In this document: piece by piece, positions 13,801 to 26,100 of the stretch
Layout of the letters: the number at the start of each line of letters is the position of its first letter
Position numbering within the stretch: position 1 is the stretch's first letter
From: Centroscyllium fabricii
Lineage: Eukaryota
Direction of reading: 5' to 3'
Assembly: GCA_051313645.2 (NCBI GenBank)
Contig: JBNRSN020000005.1
Span: 320,850,001 to 320,914,000, forward strand
Length of the DNA: 64,000 nucleotides
Notes under the pieces: model-generated
What the model was told of the DNA's origin: nothing
Seen by the model: the letters and a program-made list of their open reading frames with translations, nothing else
Databases searched by the model: none
Position numbers and translations under genes: made by a program

Positions 13801-16800
13801 GAGCTGTGAGCTCTGTGGGGAAGGGAGCTATGCGCTCTGTGGGGAATGGAGCTGTGAGCTCTGTGGGGAAGGGAGCTGTGAGCTCTGTGGGGAATGGAGC
13901 TGTGAGCTCTGTGGGGAATGGAGCTGTGAGCTCTGTGGGGAATGGAGCTGTGAGCTCTGTGGGGAATGTAGCTGTGAACTCTGTGGGGAATGTAGCTGTG
14001 AGCTCTGTGGGGAAAGTAGCTGTGAGCTCTGTGGGGAATGGAGCTGTGAGCTCTGTGGGGAATGTAGCTGTGAGCTCTGTGGGGAATGGAGCTGTGAGCT
14101 CTGTGGGGAATGGAGCTGGGAGCTCTGTGGGGAATGGAGCTGGGAGCTCTGTGTGGAATTGAGCTGGGAGCTCTGTGGGGAATGGAGCTGTGAGCTCTGT
14201 GGGGAATGGAGCTGTGAGCTCTGTGGGGAATGGAGCTGTGAGCTCTGTGGGGAATGGAGCTGTGAGCTCTGTGGTGAATGGAGTTGTGAGCTCTGTGGGG
14301 AATGGAGCTGTGAGCTCTGTGGGGAATGGAGCTGTGAGCTCTGTGGGCAATGGAGCTGTGAGCTCTGTGGGGAATGGAGCTGTGAACTCTGTGGGGAATG
14401 GAGCTGTGAACTCTGTGGGGAATGGAGCTGTGAGCTCTGTGGGGAATGGAGCTGTGAGCTCTGTGGGGAATGGAGCTGTGAGCTCTGTGGGGAACGGAGC
14501 TGTGAGCTCTGTGGGCAACGGAGCTGTGAGCTCTGTGGGCAATGGAGCTGTGAGCTCTGTGGGGAATGGAGCTGTGAGCTCTGTGGGGAATGGAGCTGTG
14601 AGTTCTGTGTGTAATGGAGCTGTGAGCTCTGTGGGGAATGGAGCTGTGAGCTCTGTGGGGAATGGAGCTGTGAGCTCTGTGGGGAATGGAGCTGTGAGCT
14701 CTGTGTGGAATGGAGCTGTGAGCTCTGTGGGGAACGGAGCTGTGAACTCTGTGGGGAATGGAGTTATGAGCTCTGTGGGGAATGGAGCTGTGAGCTCTGT
14801 GGGGAATGGAGCTGTGAGCTCTGTGGGGAATGAAGCTGTGAACTCTGTGGGGAATGGAGCTGTGAGCTCTGTGGGGAATGGAGCTGTGAGCTCTGTGGGC
14901 AATGGAGCTGTGAGCTCTGTGGGGAATGGAGCTGTGAGCTCTGTGGGGAAGGGAGCTATGCGCTCTGTGGGGAATGGAGCTGTGAGCTCTGTGGGGAAGG
15001 GAGCTGTGAGCTCTGTGGGGAATGGAGCTGTGAGCTCTGTGGGGAATGGAGCTGTGAGCTCTGTGGGGAATGGAGCTGTGAGCTCTGTGGGGAATGTAGC
15101 TGTGAACTCTGTGGGGAATGTAGCTGTGAGCTCTGTGGGGAAAGTAGCTGTGAGCTCTGTGGGGAATGGAGCTGTGAGCTCTGTGGGGAATGTAGCTGTG
15201 AGCTCTGTGGGGAATGGAGCTGTGAGCTCTGTGGGGAATGGAGCTGGGAGCTCTGTGGGGAATGGAGCTGGGAGCTCTGTGTGGAATTGAGTTGGGAGCT
15301 CTGTGGGGAATGGAGCTGTGAGCTCTGTGGGGAATGGAGCTGTGAGCTCTGTGGGGAATGGAGCTGTGAGCTCTGTGGGGAATGGAGCTGTGAGCTCTGT
15401 GGTGAATGGAGTTGTGAGCTCTGTGGGGAATGGAGCTGTGAGCTCTGTGGGGAATGGAGCTGTGAGCTCTGTGGGGAATGGAGCTGTGAGCTCTGTGGGG
15501 AATGGAGCTGTGAGCTCTGTGGGGAACGGAGCTGTGAGCTCTGTGGGGAACGGAGCTGTGAGCTCTGTGGGGAACGGAGCTGGGAGCTCTGTGGGGAACG
15601 GAGCTGGGAGCTCTGTGGGGAATGGAGCTGTGAGCTCTCTGGGGAATGGAGCTGTGAGCTCTCTGGGGAATGGAGCTGTGAGCTCTCTGGGGAATGGAGC
15701 TGGGAGCTCTGTGGTGAATGGAGTGTGAGCTCTGTGGGGAATGGAGCTGTGAGCTCTGTGGGGAATGGAGCTGTGAGCTCTGTGGGGAATGGAGCTGTGA
15801 GCTCTGTGGGGAATGGAGCTGTGAGCTCTGTGGGGAATGGAGCTGTGAGCTCTGTGGGGAATGGAGCTGTGAGCTCTGTGGGGAATGGAGCTGTGAGCTC
15901 TGTGGGGAATGGAGCTGTGAGCTCTGTGGGTAATGGAGCTGTGAACTCTGTGGGGAATGGAGCTGTGAACTCTGTGGGGAATGGAGCTGTGAGCTCTGTG
16001 GGGAATGGAGCTGTGAGCTCTGTGGGGAATGGAGCTGTGAGCTCTGTGGGGAATGGAGCTGTGAACTCTGTGGGGAATGGAGCTGTGAGCTCTGTGGGGA
16101 ATGGAGCTGTGAGCTCTGTGGGCAATGGAGCTGTGAGCTCTGTGGGGAATGGAGCTGTGAGCTCTGTGGGGAATGGAGCTGTGAGCTCTGTGGGGAAGGG
16201 AGTTGTGAGCTCTGTGGGGAATGGAGCTGTGAGCTCTGTGGGGAATGGAGCTGTGAGCTCAGTGGGGAATGGAGCTGTGAGCTCTGTGGGGAATGGAGCT
16301 GTGAGCTCTGTGGGGAATGGAGCTGTGAGCTCTGTGGGGAATGTAGCTGTGAACTCTGTGGGGCATGTAGCTGTGAGCTCTGTGGGGAATGTAGCTGTGA
16401 GCTCTGTGGGGAATGGAGCTGTGAGCTCTGTGGGGAATGGAGCTGTGAGCTCTGTGGGGAATGGAGCATGAGCTCTGTGGGGAATGGAGCTGGGAGCTCT
16501 GTGGGGAATGGAGCTGGGAGCTCTGTGGGGAATTGAGCTGGGAGCTCTGTGGGGAATGGAGCTGTGAGCTCTGTGGGGAAATGAGCTGTGAGCTCTGTGG
16601 GGAATGGAGCTGTGAGCTCTGTGGGGAATGGAGCTGTGAGCTCTGTGGGGAATGGAGCTGTGAGCTCTGTGGGGAATGGAGCTGTGAGCTCTGTGGGGAA
16701 TGGAGCTGTGAGCTCTGTGGGGAATGGAGCTGTGAGCTCTGTGGGCAATGGAGCTGTGAGCTCTGTGGGCAATGGAGCTGTGAGCGCTGTGGGCAATGAA

Positions 16801-16918
16801 GCTGTGAGCTCTGTGGGCAATGGAGCTGTGAGCTCTGTGGGCAATGGAGCTGTGAGCTCTGTGGGGAATGGAGCTGTGAGCTCTGTGGGGAATGGAGCTG
16901 TGAGCTCTGTGGGGAATG

Positions 16919-17118
16919 NNNNNNNNNNNNNNNNNNNNNNNNNNNNNNNNNNNNNNNNNNNNNNNNNNNNNNNNNNNNNNNNNNNNNNNNNNNNNNNNNN
17001 NNNNNNNNNNNNNNNNNNNNNNNNNNNNNNNNNNNNNNNNNNNNNNNNNNNNNNNNNNNNNNNNNNNNNNNNNNNNNNNNNNNNNNNNNNNNNNNNNNNN
17101 NNNNNNNNNNNNNNNNNN
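16919..17118. other. Assembly gap (exactly 200 N) inside the satellite
   Basis: Run of 200 N; a round fixed size typical of a scaffolding join of unknown true length. Confidence 0.99.
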
Positions 17119-20100
17119 AAGGTGGAGCTTGTGGGGAATGTAGCTGTGAACTCTGTGGGGAATGTAGCTGTGAGCTCTGTGGGGAAAGTAGCTGTGAGCT
17201 CTGTGGGGAATGGAGCTGTGAGCTCTGTGGGGAATGTAGCTGTGAGCTCTGTGGGGAATGGAGCTGTGAGCTCTGTGGGGAATGGAGCTGGGAGCTCTGT
17301 GGGGAATGGAGCTGGGAGCTCTGTGTGGAATGGAGCTGGGAGCTCTGTGGGGAATGGAGCTGTGAGCTCTGTGGGGAATGGAGCTGTGAGCTCTGTGGGG
17401 AATGGAGCTGTGAGCTCTGTGGGGAATGGAGCTGTGAGCTCTGTGGTGAATGGAGTTGTGAGCTCTGTGGGAATGGAGCTGTGAGCTCTGTGGGGAATGG
17501 AGCTGTGAGCTCTGTGGGCAATGGAGCTGTGAGCTCTGTGGGGAATGGAGCTGTGAACTCTGTGGGGAATGGAGCTGTGAGCTCTGTGGGGAATGGAGCT
17601 GTGAGCTCTGTGGGGAATGGAGCTGTGAGCTCTGTGGGGAATGGAGCTGTGAGCTCTGTGGGGAATGGAGCTGTGAGCTCTGTGGGCAATGGAGCTGTGA
17701 GCTCTGTGGGCAATGGAGCTGTGAGCTCTGTGGGGAATGGAGCTGTGAGCTCTGTGGGGAATGGAGCTGTGAGTTCTGTGGGGAATGGAGCTGTGAGCTC
17801 TGTGGGGAATGGAGCTGTGAGCTCTGTGGGGAATGGAGCTGTGAGCTCTGTGGGGAATGGAGCTGAGAGCTCTGTGGGGAATGGAGCTGTGAGCTCTGTG
17901 GGGAACGGAGCTGTGAACTCTGTGGGGAATGGAGCTGGTGAGCTCTGTGGGGAATGGAGCTGTGAGCTCTGTGGGGAATGGAGCTGTGAGCTCTGTGGGG
18001 AATGGAAGCTGTGAGCTCTGTGGGGAATGGAGCTGTGAGCTCTGTGGGGAATGGAGCTGTGAGCTCTGTGGGAATGGAGCTGTGAGCTCTGTGGGGAATG
18101 GAGCTGTGAGCTCTGTGGGAAGGGAAGCTGTGAGCTCTGTGGGGAATGGAGCTGTGAGCTCTGTGGGGAAGGGAGCTGTGAGCTCTGTGGGGAATGGAGC
18201 TGTGAGCTCTGTGGGGAATGGAGCTGTGAGCTCTGTGGGGAATGGAGCTGTGAGCTCTGTGGGGAATGGAGCTGTGAAGCTCTGTGGGGAATGGAGCTGT
18301 GAGCTCTGTGGGGAAGGAGCTGTGAGCTCTGTGGGGAATGGAGCTGTGAGCTCTGTGGGGAATGGACTGTGAGCCATGTGAGCTGTGAGCTCTGTGGGGA
18401 ATGTAGCTGTGAGCTCTGTGGGGAATGGAGCTGTGAGCTCTGTGGGGAAGGAGCTGGGAGCTTGTGGGGAATGGAGCTGGGAGCTCTGTGTGGAATTGAG
18501 TTGGGAGCTCTGTGGGGAATGGAGCTGTGAGCTCTGTGGGGAATGGAGCTGTGAGCTCTGTGGGGAATGGAGCTGTGAGCTCTGTGGGGAATGGAGCTGT
18601 GAGCTCTGTGGTGAATGGAGTTGTGAGCTCTGTGGGGAATGGAGCTGTGAGCTCTGTGGGGAATGGAGCTGTGAGCTCTGTGGGGAATGGAGCTGTGAGC
18701 TCTGTGGGGAATGGAGCTGTGAGCTCTGTGGGGAACGGAGCTGTGAGCTCTGTGGGGAACGGAGCTGTGAGCTCTGTGGGGAACGGAGCTGGGAGCTCTG
18801 TGGGGAACGGAGCTGGGAGCTCTGTGGGGAATGGAGCTGTGAGCTCTCTGGGGAATGGAGCTGTGAGCTCTCTGGGGAATGGAGCTGTGAGCTCTCTGGG
18901 GAATGGAGCTGGGAGCTCTGTGGTGAATGGAGTTGTGAGCTCTGTGGGGAATGGAGCTGTGAGCTCTGTGGGGAATGGAGCTGTGAGCTCTGTGGGGAAT
19001 GGAGCTGTGAGCTCTGTGGGGAATGGAGCTGTGAGCTCTGTGGGGAATGGAGCTGTGAGCTCTGTGGGGAATGGAGCTGTGAGCTCTGTGGGGAATGGAG
19101 CTGTGAGCTCTGTGGGGAATGGAGCTGTGAGCTCTGTGGGTAATGGAGCTGTGAACTCTGTGGGGAATGGAGCTGTGAACTCTGTGGGGAATGGAGCTGT
19201 GAGCTCTGTGGGGAATGGAGCTGTGAGCTCTGTGGGGAATGGAGCTGTGAGCTCTGTGGGGAATGGAGCTGTGAACTCTGTGGGGAATGGAGCTGTGAGC
19301 TCTGTGGGGAATGGAGCTGTGAGCTCTGTGGGCAATGGAGCTGTGAGCTCTGTGGGGAATGGAGCTGTGAGCTCTGTGGGGAATGGAGCTGTGAGCTCTG
19401 TGGGGAAGGGAGTTGTGAGCTCTGTGGGGAATGGAGCTGTGAGCTCTGTGGGGAATGGAGCTGTGAGCTCAGTGGGGAATGGAGCTGTGAGCTCTGTGGG
19501 GAATGGAGCTGTGAGCTCTGTGGGGAATGGAGCTGTGAGCTCTGTGGGGAATGTAGCTGTGAACTCTGTGGGGCATGTAGCTGTGAGCTCTGTGGGGAAT
19601 GTAGCTGTGAGCTCTGTGGGGAATGGAGCTGTGAGCTCTGTGGGGAATGGAGCTGTGAGCTCTGTGGGGAATGGAGCATGAGCTCTGTGGGGAATGGAGC
19701 TGGGAGCTCTGTGGGGAATGGAGCTGGGAGCTCTGTGGGGAATTGAGCTGGGAGCTCTGTGGGGAATGGAGCTGTGAGCTCTGTGGGGAAATGAGCTGTG
19801 AGCTCTGTGGGGAATGGAGCTGTGAGCTCTGTGGGGAATGGAGCTGTGAGCTCTGTGGGGAATGGAGCTGTGAGCTCTGTGGGGAATGGAGCTGTGAGCT
19901 CTGTGGGGAATGGAGCTGTGAGCTCTGTGGGGAATGGAGCTGTGAGCTCTGTGGGCAATGGAGCTGTGAGCTCTGTGGGCAATGGAGCTGTGAGCGCTGT
20001 GGGCAATGAAGCTGTGAGCTCTGTGGGCAATGGAGCTGTGAGCTCTGTGGGCAATGGAGCTGTGAGCTCTGTGGGGAATGGAGCTGGGAGCTCTGTGGGG

Positions 20101-23100
20101 AATGGAGCTGTGAGCTCTGTGGGGAATGGAGCTGTGAGCTCTGTGGGCAATGGAGCTGTGAGCTCTGTGGGGAATGGAGCTGTGAGCTCTGTGGGGAATG
20201 GAGCTGTGAGCTCTGAGGGGAATGGAGCTGTGAGCTCTGTGGGCAATGGAGCTGTGAGCTCTGTGGGGAATGGAGCTGGGAACTCTGTGGGGAACGGAGC
20301 TGGGAGCTCTGTGGGGAATGGAGCTGTGAGCTCTGTGGGGAATGGAGCTGTGAGCTCTGTGGGGAATGGAGCTGGGAGCTCTGTGGTGAATGGAGTTGTG
20401 AGCTCTGTGGGGAATGGAGCTGTGAGCTCTGTGGGGAATGGAGCTGTGAGCTCTGTGGGGAATGGAGCTGTGAGCTCTGTGGGGAATGGAGCTGTGAGCT
20501 CTGTGGGGAATGGAGCTGTGAGCTCTGTGGGGAATGGAGCTGTGAGCTCTGTGGGGAATGGAGCTGTGAGCTCTGTGGGGAATGGAGCTGTGAGCTCTGT
20601 GGGGAATGGAGCTGTGAGCTCTGTGGGCAATGGAGCTGTGAGCTCTGTGGGGAATGGAGCTGTGAGCTCTGTGGGGAATGGAGCTGTGAGCTCTGTGGGG
20701 AAGGGAGTTGTGAGCTCTGTGGGGAATGGAGCTGTGAGCTCTGTGGGGAATGGAGCTGTGAGCTCTGTGGGGAATGGAGCTGTGAGCTCTGTGGGGAATG
20801 TAGCTGTGAACTCTGTGGGGCATGTAGCTGTGAGCTCTGTGGGGAATGTAGCTGTGAGCTCTGTGGGGAATGGAGCTGTGAGCTCTGTGGGGAATGGAGC
20901 TGTGAGCTCTGTGGGGAATGGAGCATGAGCTCTGTGGGGAATGGAGCTGGGAGCTCTGTGGGGAATGGAGCTGGGAGCTCTGTGGGGAATTGAGCTGGGA
21001 GCTCTGTGGGGAATGGAGCTGTGAGCTCTGTGGGGAAATGAGCTGTGAGCTCTGTGGGGAATGGAGCTGTGAGCTCTGTGGGTAATGGAGCTGTGAGCTC
21101 TGTGGGGAATGGAGCTGTGAGCTCTGTGGGGAATGGAGCTGTGAGCTCTGTGGGGAATGTAGCTGTGAGTTCTGTGGGGAATTGAGCTGTGAGCTCTGTG
21201 GGGAATGGAGCTGTGAGCTCTGTGGGGAATGGAGCTGTGAGCTCTGTGGGGAATGGAGCTGTGAGCTCTGTGGGGAATGGAGCTGTGAGCTCTGTGGGGA
21301 ATGGAGCTGTGAGCTCTGTGGGGAATGGAGCTGTGAGCTCTGTGGGCAATGGAGCTGTGAGCTCTGTGGGCAATGGAGCTGTGAGCGCTGTGGGCAATGA
21401 AGCTGTGAGCTCTGTGGGCAATGGAGCTGTGAGCTCTGTGGGCAATGGAGCTGTGAGCTCTGTGGGGAATGGAGCTGGGAGCTCTGTGGGGAATGGAGCT
21501 GTGAGCTCTGTGGGGAATGGAGCTGTGAGCTCTGTGGGCAATGGAGCTGTGAGCTCTGTGGGGAATGGAGCTGTGAGCTCTGTGGGGAATGGAGCTGTGA
21601 GCTCTGAGGGCAATGGAGCTGTGAGCTCTGTGGGCAATGGAGCTGTGAGCTCTGTGGGGAATGGAGCTGGGAACTCTGTGGGGAACGGAGCTGGGAGCTC
21701 TGTGGGGAATGGAGCTGTGAGCTCTGTGGGGAATGGAGCTGTGAGCTCTGTGGGGAATGGGAGCTGGGAGCTCTGTGGTGAATGGAGTTGTGAGCTCTGT
21801 GGGGAATGGAGCTGTGAGCTCTGTGGGGAATGGAGCTGTGAGCTCTGTGGGGAATGGAGCTGTGAGCTCTGTGGGGAATGGAGCTGTGAGCTCTGTGGGG
21901 AATGGAGCTGTGTGCTCTGTGGGGAATGGAGCTGTGAGCTCTGTGGGAATGGAGCTGTGAGCTCTGTGGGGAATGGAGCTGTGAGCTCTGTGGGGAATGG
22001 AGCTGTGAACTCTGTGGGGAATGGAGCTGTGAACTCTGTGGGGAATGGAGCTGTGAGCTCTGTGGGGAATGGAGCTGTGAGCTCTGTGGGGAATGGAGCT
22101 GTGAGCTCTGTGGGGAATGGAGCTGTGAGCTCAGTGGGGAGATGGAGCTGTGAGCTCTGTGGGGAATGGAGCTGTGAGCTCTGTGGGGGAATGTAGCTGT
22201 GAACTCTGTGGGGAATGTAGCTGTGAGCTCTGTGGGGAATGTAGCTGTGAGCTCTGTGGGGAATGGAGCTGTGAGCTCTGTGGGGGAATGGAGCTGTGAG
22301 CTCTGTGGGGAATGGAGCATGAGCTCTGTGGGGAATGGAGCTGGGAGCTCTGTGGGGAATGGAGCTGGGAGCTCTGTGGGGAATGGAGCTGTGAGCTCTG
22401 TGGGGAATGGAGCTGTGAGCTCTGTGGGGAATGGAGCTGTGAGCTCTGTGGGGAATGGAGCTCTGAGCTCTGTGGGGAATGTAGCTGGTGAGTTCTGTGG
22501 GGAATGGAGCTGTGAGCTCTGTGGGGAATGGAGCTGTGAGCTCTGTGGGGAATGGAGCTGTGAGCTCTGTGGGGAATGGAGCTGTGAGCTCTGTGGGGAA
22601 TGGAGCTGTGAGCTCTGTGGGGAATGGAGCTGTGAGCTCTGTGGGGAATGGAGCTGTGAGCTCTGTGGGGAATGGAGCTGTGAGCTCTGTGGGGAATGGA
22701 GCTGTGAGCTCTGTGGGCAATGGAGCTGTGAGCTCTGTGGGCAATGGAGCTGTGAGCGCTGTGGGCAATGAAGCTGTGAGCTCTGTGGGCAATGGAGCTG
22801 TGAGCTCTGTGGGCAATGGAGCTGTGAGCTCTGTGGGGAATGGAGCTGGGAGCTCTGTGGGGAATGGAGCTGTGAGCTCTGTGGGGAATGGAGCTGTGAG
22901 CTCTGTGGGCAATGGAGCTGTGAGCTCTGTGGGGAATGGAGCTGTGAGCTCTGTGGGGAATGGAGCTGTGAGCTCTGAGGGGAATGGAGCTGTGAGCTCT
23001 GTGGGCAATGGAGCTGGGAGCTCTGTGGGGAATGGAGCTGTGAGCTCTGTGGGGAATGGAGCTGTGAGCTCTGTGGGGAATGGAGCTGTGAGCTCTGTGG

Positions 23101-26100
23101 GAATGGAGCTGTGAGCTCTGTGGGGAATGGAGCTGTGAGCTCTGTGGGGTATGGAGCTGTGAGCTCTGTGGGGAATGGAGCTGTGAGCTCTGTGGAGAAT
23201 GGAGCTGTGAGCTCTGTGGGGAATGGAGCTGTGAACTCTGTGGGGAATGGAGCTGTGAACTCTGTGGGGAATGCAGCTGTGAGCTCTGTGGGGAATGGAG
23301 CTGTGAGCTCTGTGGGGAATGGAGCTGTGAGCTCTGTGGGGAATGGAGCTGTGAACTCTGTGGGGAATGGAGCTGTGAGCTCTGTGGGGAATGGAGCTGT
23401 GAGCTCTGTGGGCAATGGAGCTGTGAGCTCTGTGGGGAATGGAGCTGTGAGCTCTGTGGGGAAGGGAGCTGTGAGCTCTGTGGGGAATGGAGCTGTGAGC
23501 TCTGTGGGGAATGGAGCTGTGAGCTCTGTGGGGAATGGAGCTGTGAGCTCTGTGGGGAATGGAGCTGTGAGCTCTGTGGGAATGGAGCTGTGAGCTCAGT
23601 GGGGAATGGAGCTGTGAGCTCTGTGGGGAATGGAGCTGTGAGCTCTGTGGGGAATGTAGCTGTGAACTCTGTGGGGAATGTAGCTGTGAGCTCTGTGGGG
23701 AATGTAGCTGTGAGCTCTGTGGGGAATGGAGCTGTGAGCTCTGTGGGGAATGGAGCTGTGAGCTCTGTGGGGAATGGAGCATGAGCTCTGTGGGGAATGG
23801 AGCTGGGAGCTCTGTGGGGAATGGAGCTGGGAGCTCTGTGGGGAATGGAGCTGTGAGCTCTGTGGGGAATGTAGCTGTGAACTCTGTGGGGAATGTAGCT
23901 GTGAGCTCTGTGGGGAATGTAGCTGTGAGCTCTGTGGGGAATGGAGCTGTGAGCTCTGTGGGGAATGGAGCTGTGAGCTCTGTGGGGAATGGAGAATGAG
24001 CTCTGTGGGGAATGGAGCTGGGAGCTCTGTGGGGAATGGAGCTGGGAGCTCTGTGGGAATTGAGCTGGGAGCTCTGTGGGGAATGGAGCTGTGAGCTCTG
24101 TGGGGAATGGAGCTGTGAGCTCTGTGGGGAATGGAGCTGTGAGCTCTGTGGGGAATGGAGCTGTGAACTCTGTGGGGATTGGAGCTGTGAGCTCTGTGGG
24201 GAATGGAGCTGTGAGCTCTGTGGGGAATGGAGCTGTGAGCTCTGTGGGGAACGGAGCTGTGAGCTCTGTGGGGAACGGAGCTGTGAGCTCTGTGGGGAAC
24301 GGAGCTGTGAGCTCTGTGGGGAACGGAGCTGTGAGCTCTGTGGGGAATGGAGCTGTGAGCTCTGTGGGGAACGGAGCTGGGAGCTCTGTGGGGAACGGAG
24401 CTGGGAGCTCTGTGGGGAATGGAGCTGGGAGCTCTGTGGGGAATGGAGCTGGGAGCTCTGTGGGGAATGGAGCTGTGAGCTCTGTGGGGAATGGAGCTGT
24501 GAGCTCTGTGGGGAATGGAGCTGTGAGCTCTCTGGGGAATGGAGCTGGGAGCTCTGTGGTGAATGGAGTTGTGAGCTCTGTGGGGAATGGAGCTGTGAGC
24601 TCTGTGGGGAATGGAGCTGTGGAGCTCTGTGGGGAATGGAGCTGTGAGCTCTGTGGGGAATGGTGGGGAATGGAGCTGTGAGCTCTGTGGGGAATGGAGC
24701 TGTGAGCTCTGTGGGGAATGGAGCTGTGAGCTCTGTGGGGAATGGAGCTGTGAACTCTGTGGGGAATGGAGCTGTGAACTCTGTGGGGAATGGAGCTGTG
24801 AGCTCTGTGGGGAATGGAGCTGTGAGCTCTGTGGGGAATGGAGCTGTGAGCTCTGTGGGGAATGGAGCTGTGAACTCTGTGGGGAATGGAGCTGTGAGCT
24901 CTGTGGGGAATGGAGCTGTGAGCTCTGTGGGGAATGGAGCTGTGAGCTCTGTGGGAAGGGAGCTGTGAGCTCTGTGGGGAAGGGAGCTGTGAGCTCTGTG
25001 GGGAATTGAGCTGTGAGCTCTGTGGGGAATGGAGCTGTGAGCTCTGTGGGGAATGGAGCTGTGAGCTCTGTGGGGAATGGAGCTGTGAGCTCTGTGGGGA
25101 ATGGAGCTGTGAGCTCAGTGGGGAATGGAGCTGTGAGCTCTGTGGGGAATGTAGCTGTGATCTCTGTGGGGAATGTAGCTGTGAGCTCTGTGGGGAATGT
25201 AGCTGTGAGCTCTGTGGGGAATGGAGCTGTGAGCTCTGTGGGGAATGGAGCTGTGAGCTCTGTGGGGAATGGAGCATGAGCTCTGTGGGGAATGGAGCTG
25301 GGAGCTCTGTGGGGAATTGAGCTGGGAGCTCTGTGGGGAATGGAGCTGTGAGCTCTGTGGGGAATGGAGCTGGGAGCTCTGTGGGGAATGGAGCTGTGAG
25401 CTCTGTGGGGAATGGAGCTGTGAGCTCTGTGGGGAATGGAGCTGTGAGCTCTGTGGGGAATGGAGCTGTGAGCTCTGTGGGGAATGTAGCTGTGAGCTCT
25501 GTGGGGAATGGAGCTGTGAGCTCTGTGGGGAATGGAGCTGTGAGCTCTGTGGGGAATGGAGCTGTGAGCTCTGTGGGGAATGGAGCTGTGAGCTCTGTGG
25601 GGAATGGAGCTGTGAGCTCTGTGGGGAATGGAGCTGTGAGCTCTGTGGGCAATGGAGCTGTGAGCTCTGTGAGCAATGGAGCTGTGAGCGCTGTGGGCAA
25701 TGAAGCTGTGAGCTCTGTGGGCAATGGAGCTGTGAGCTCTGTGGGCAATGGAGCTGTGAGCTCTGTGGGGAATGGAGCTGGGTGCTCTGTGGGGAATGGA
25801 GCTGTGAGCTCTGTGGGGAATGGAGCTGTGAAGCTCTGTGGGCAATGGAGCTGTGAGCTCTGTGGGCAATGGAGCTGTGAGCTCTGTGGGGAATGGAGCT
25901 GTGAGCTCTGTGGGGAATGGAGCTGTGAGCTCTGAGGGGAATGGAGCTGTGAGCTCTGTGGGCAATGGAGCTGTGAGCTCTGTGGAGAATGGAGCTGTGA
26001 ACTCTGTGGGGAATGGAGCTGTGAGCTCTGTGGGGAATGGAGCTGTGAGCTCTGTGGGGAATGGAGCTGTGAGCTCTGTGTGGAATGGAGCTGTGAGCTC

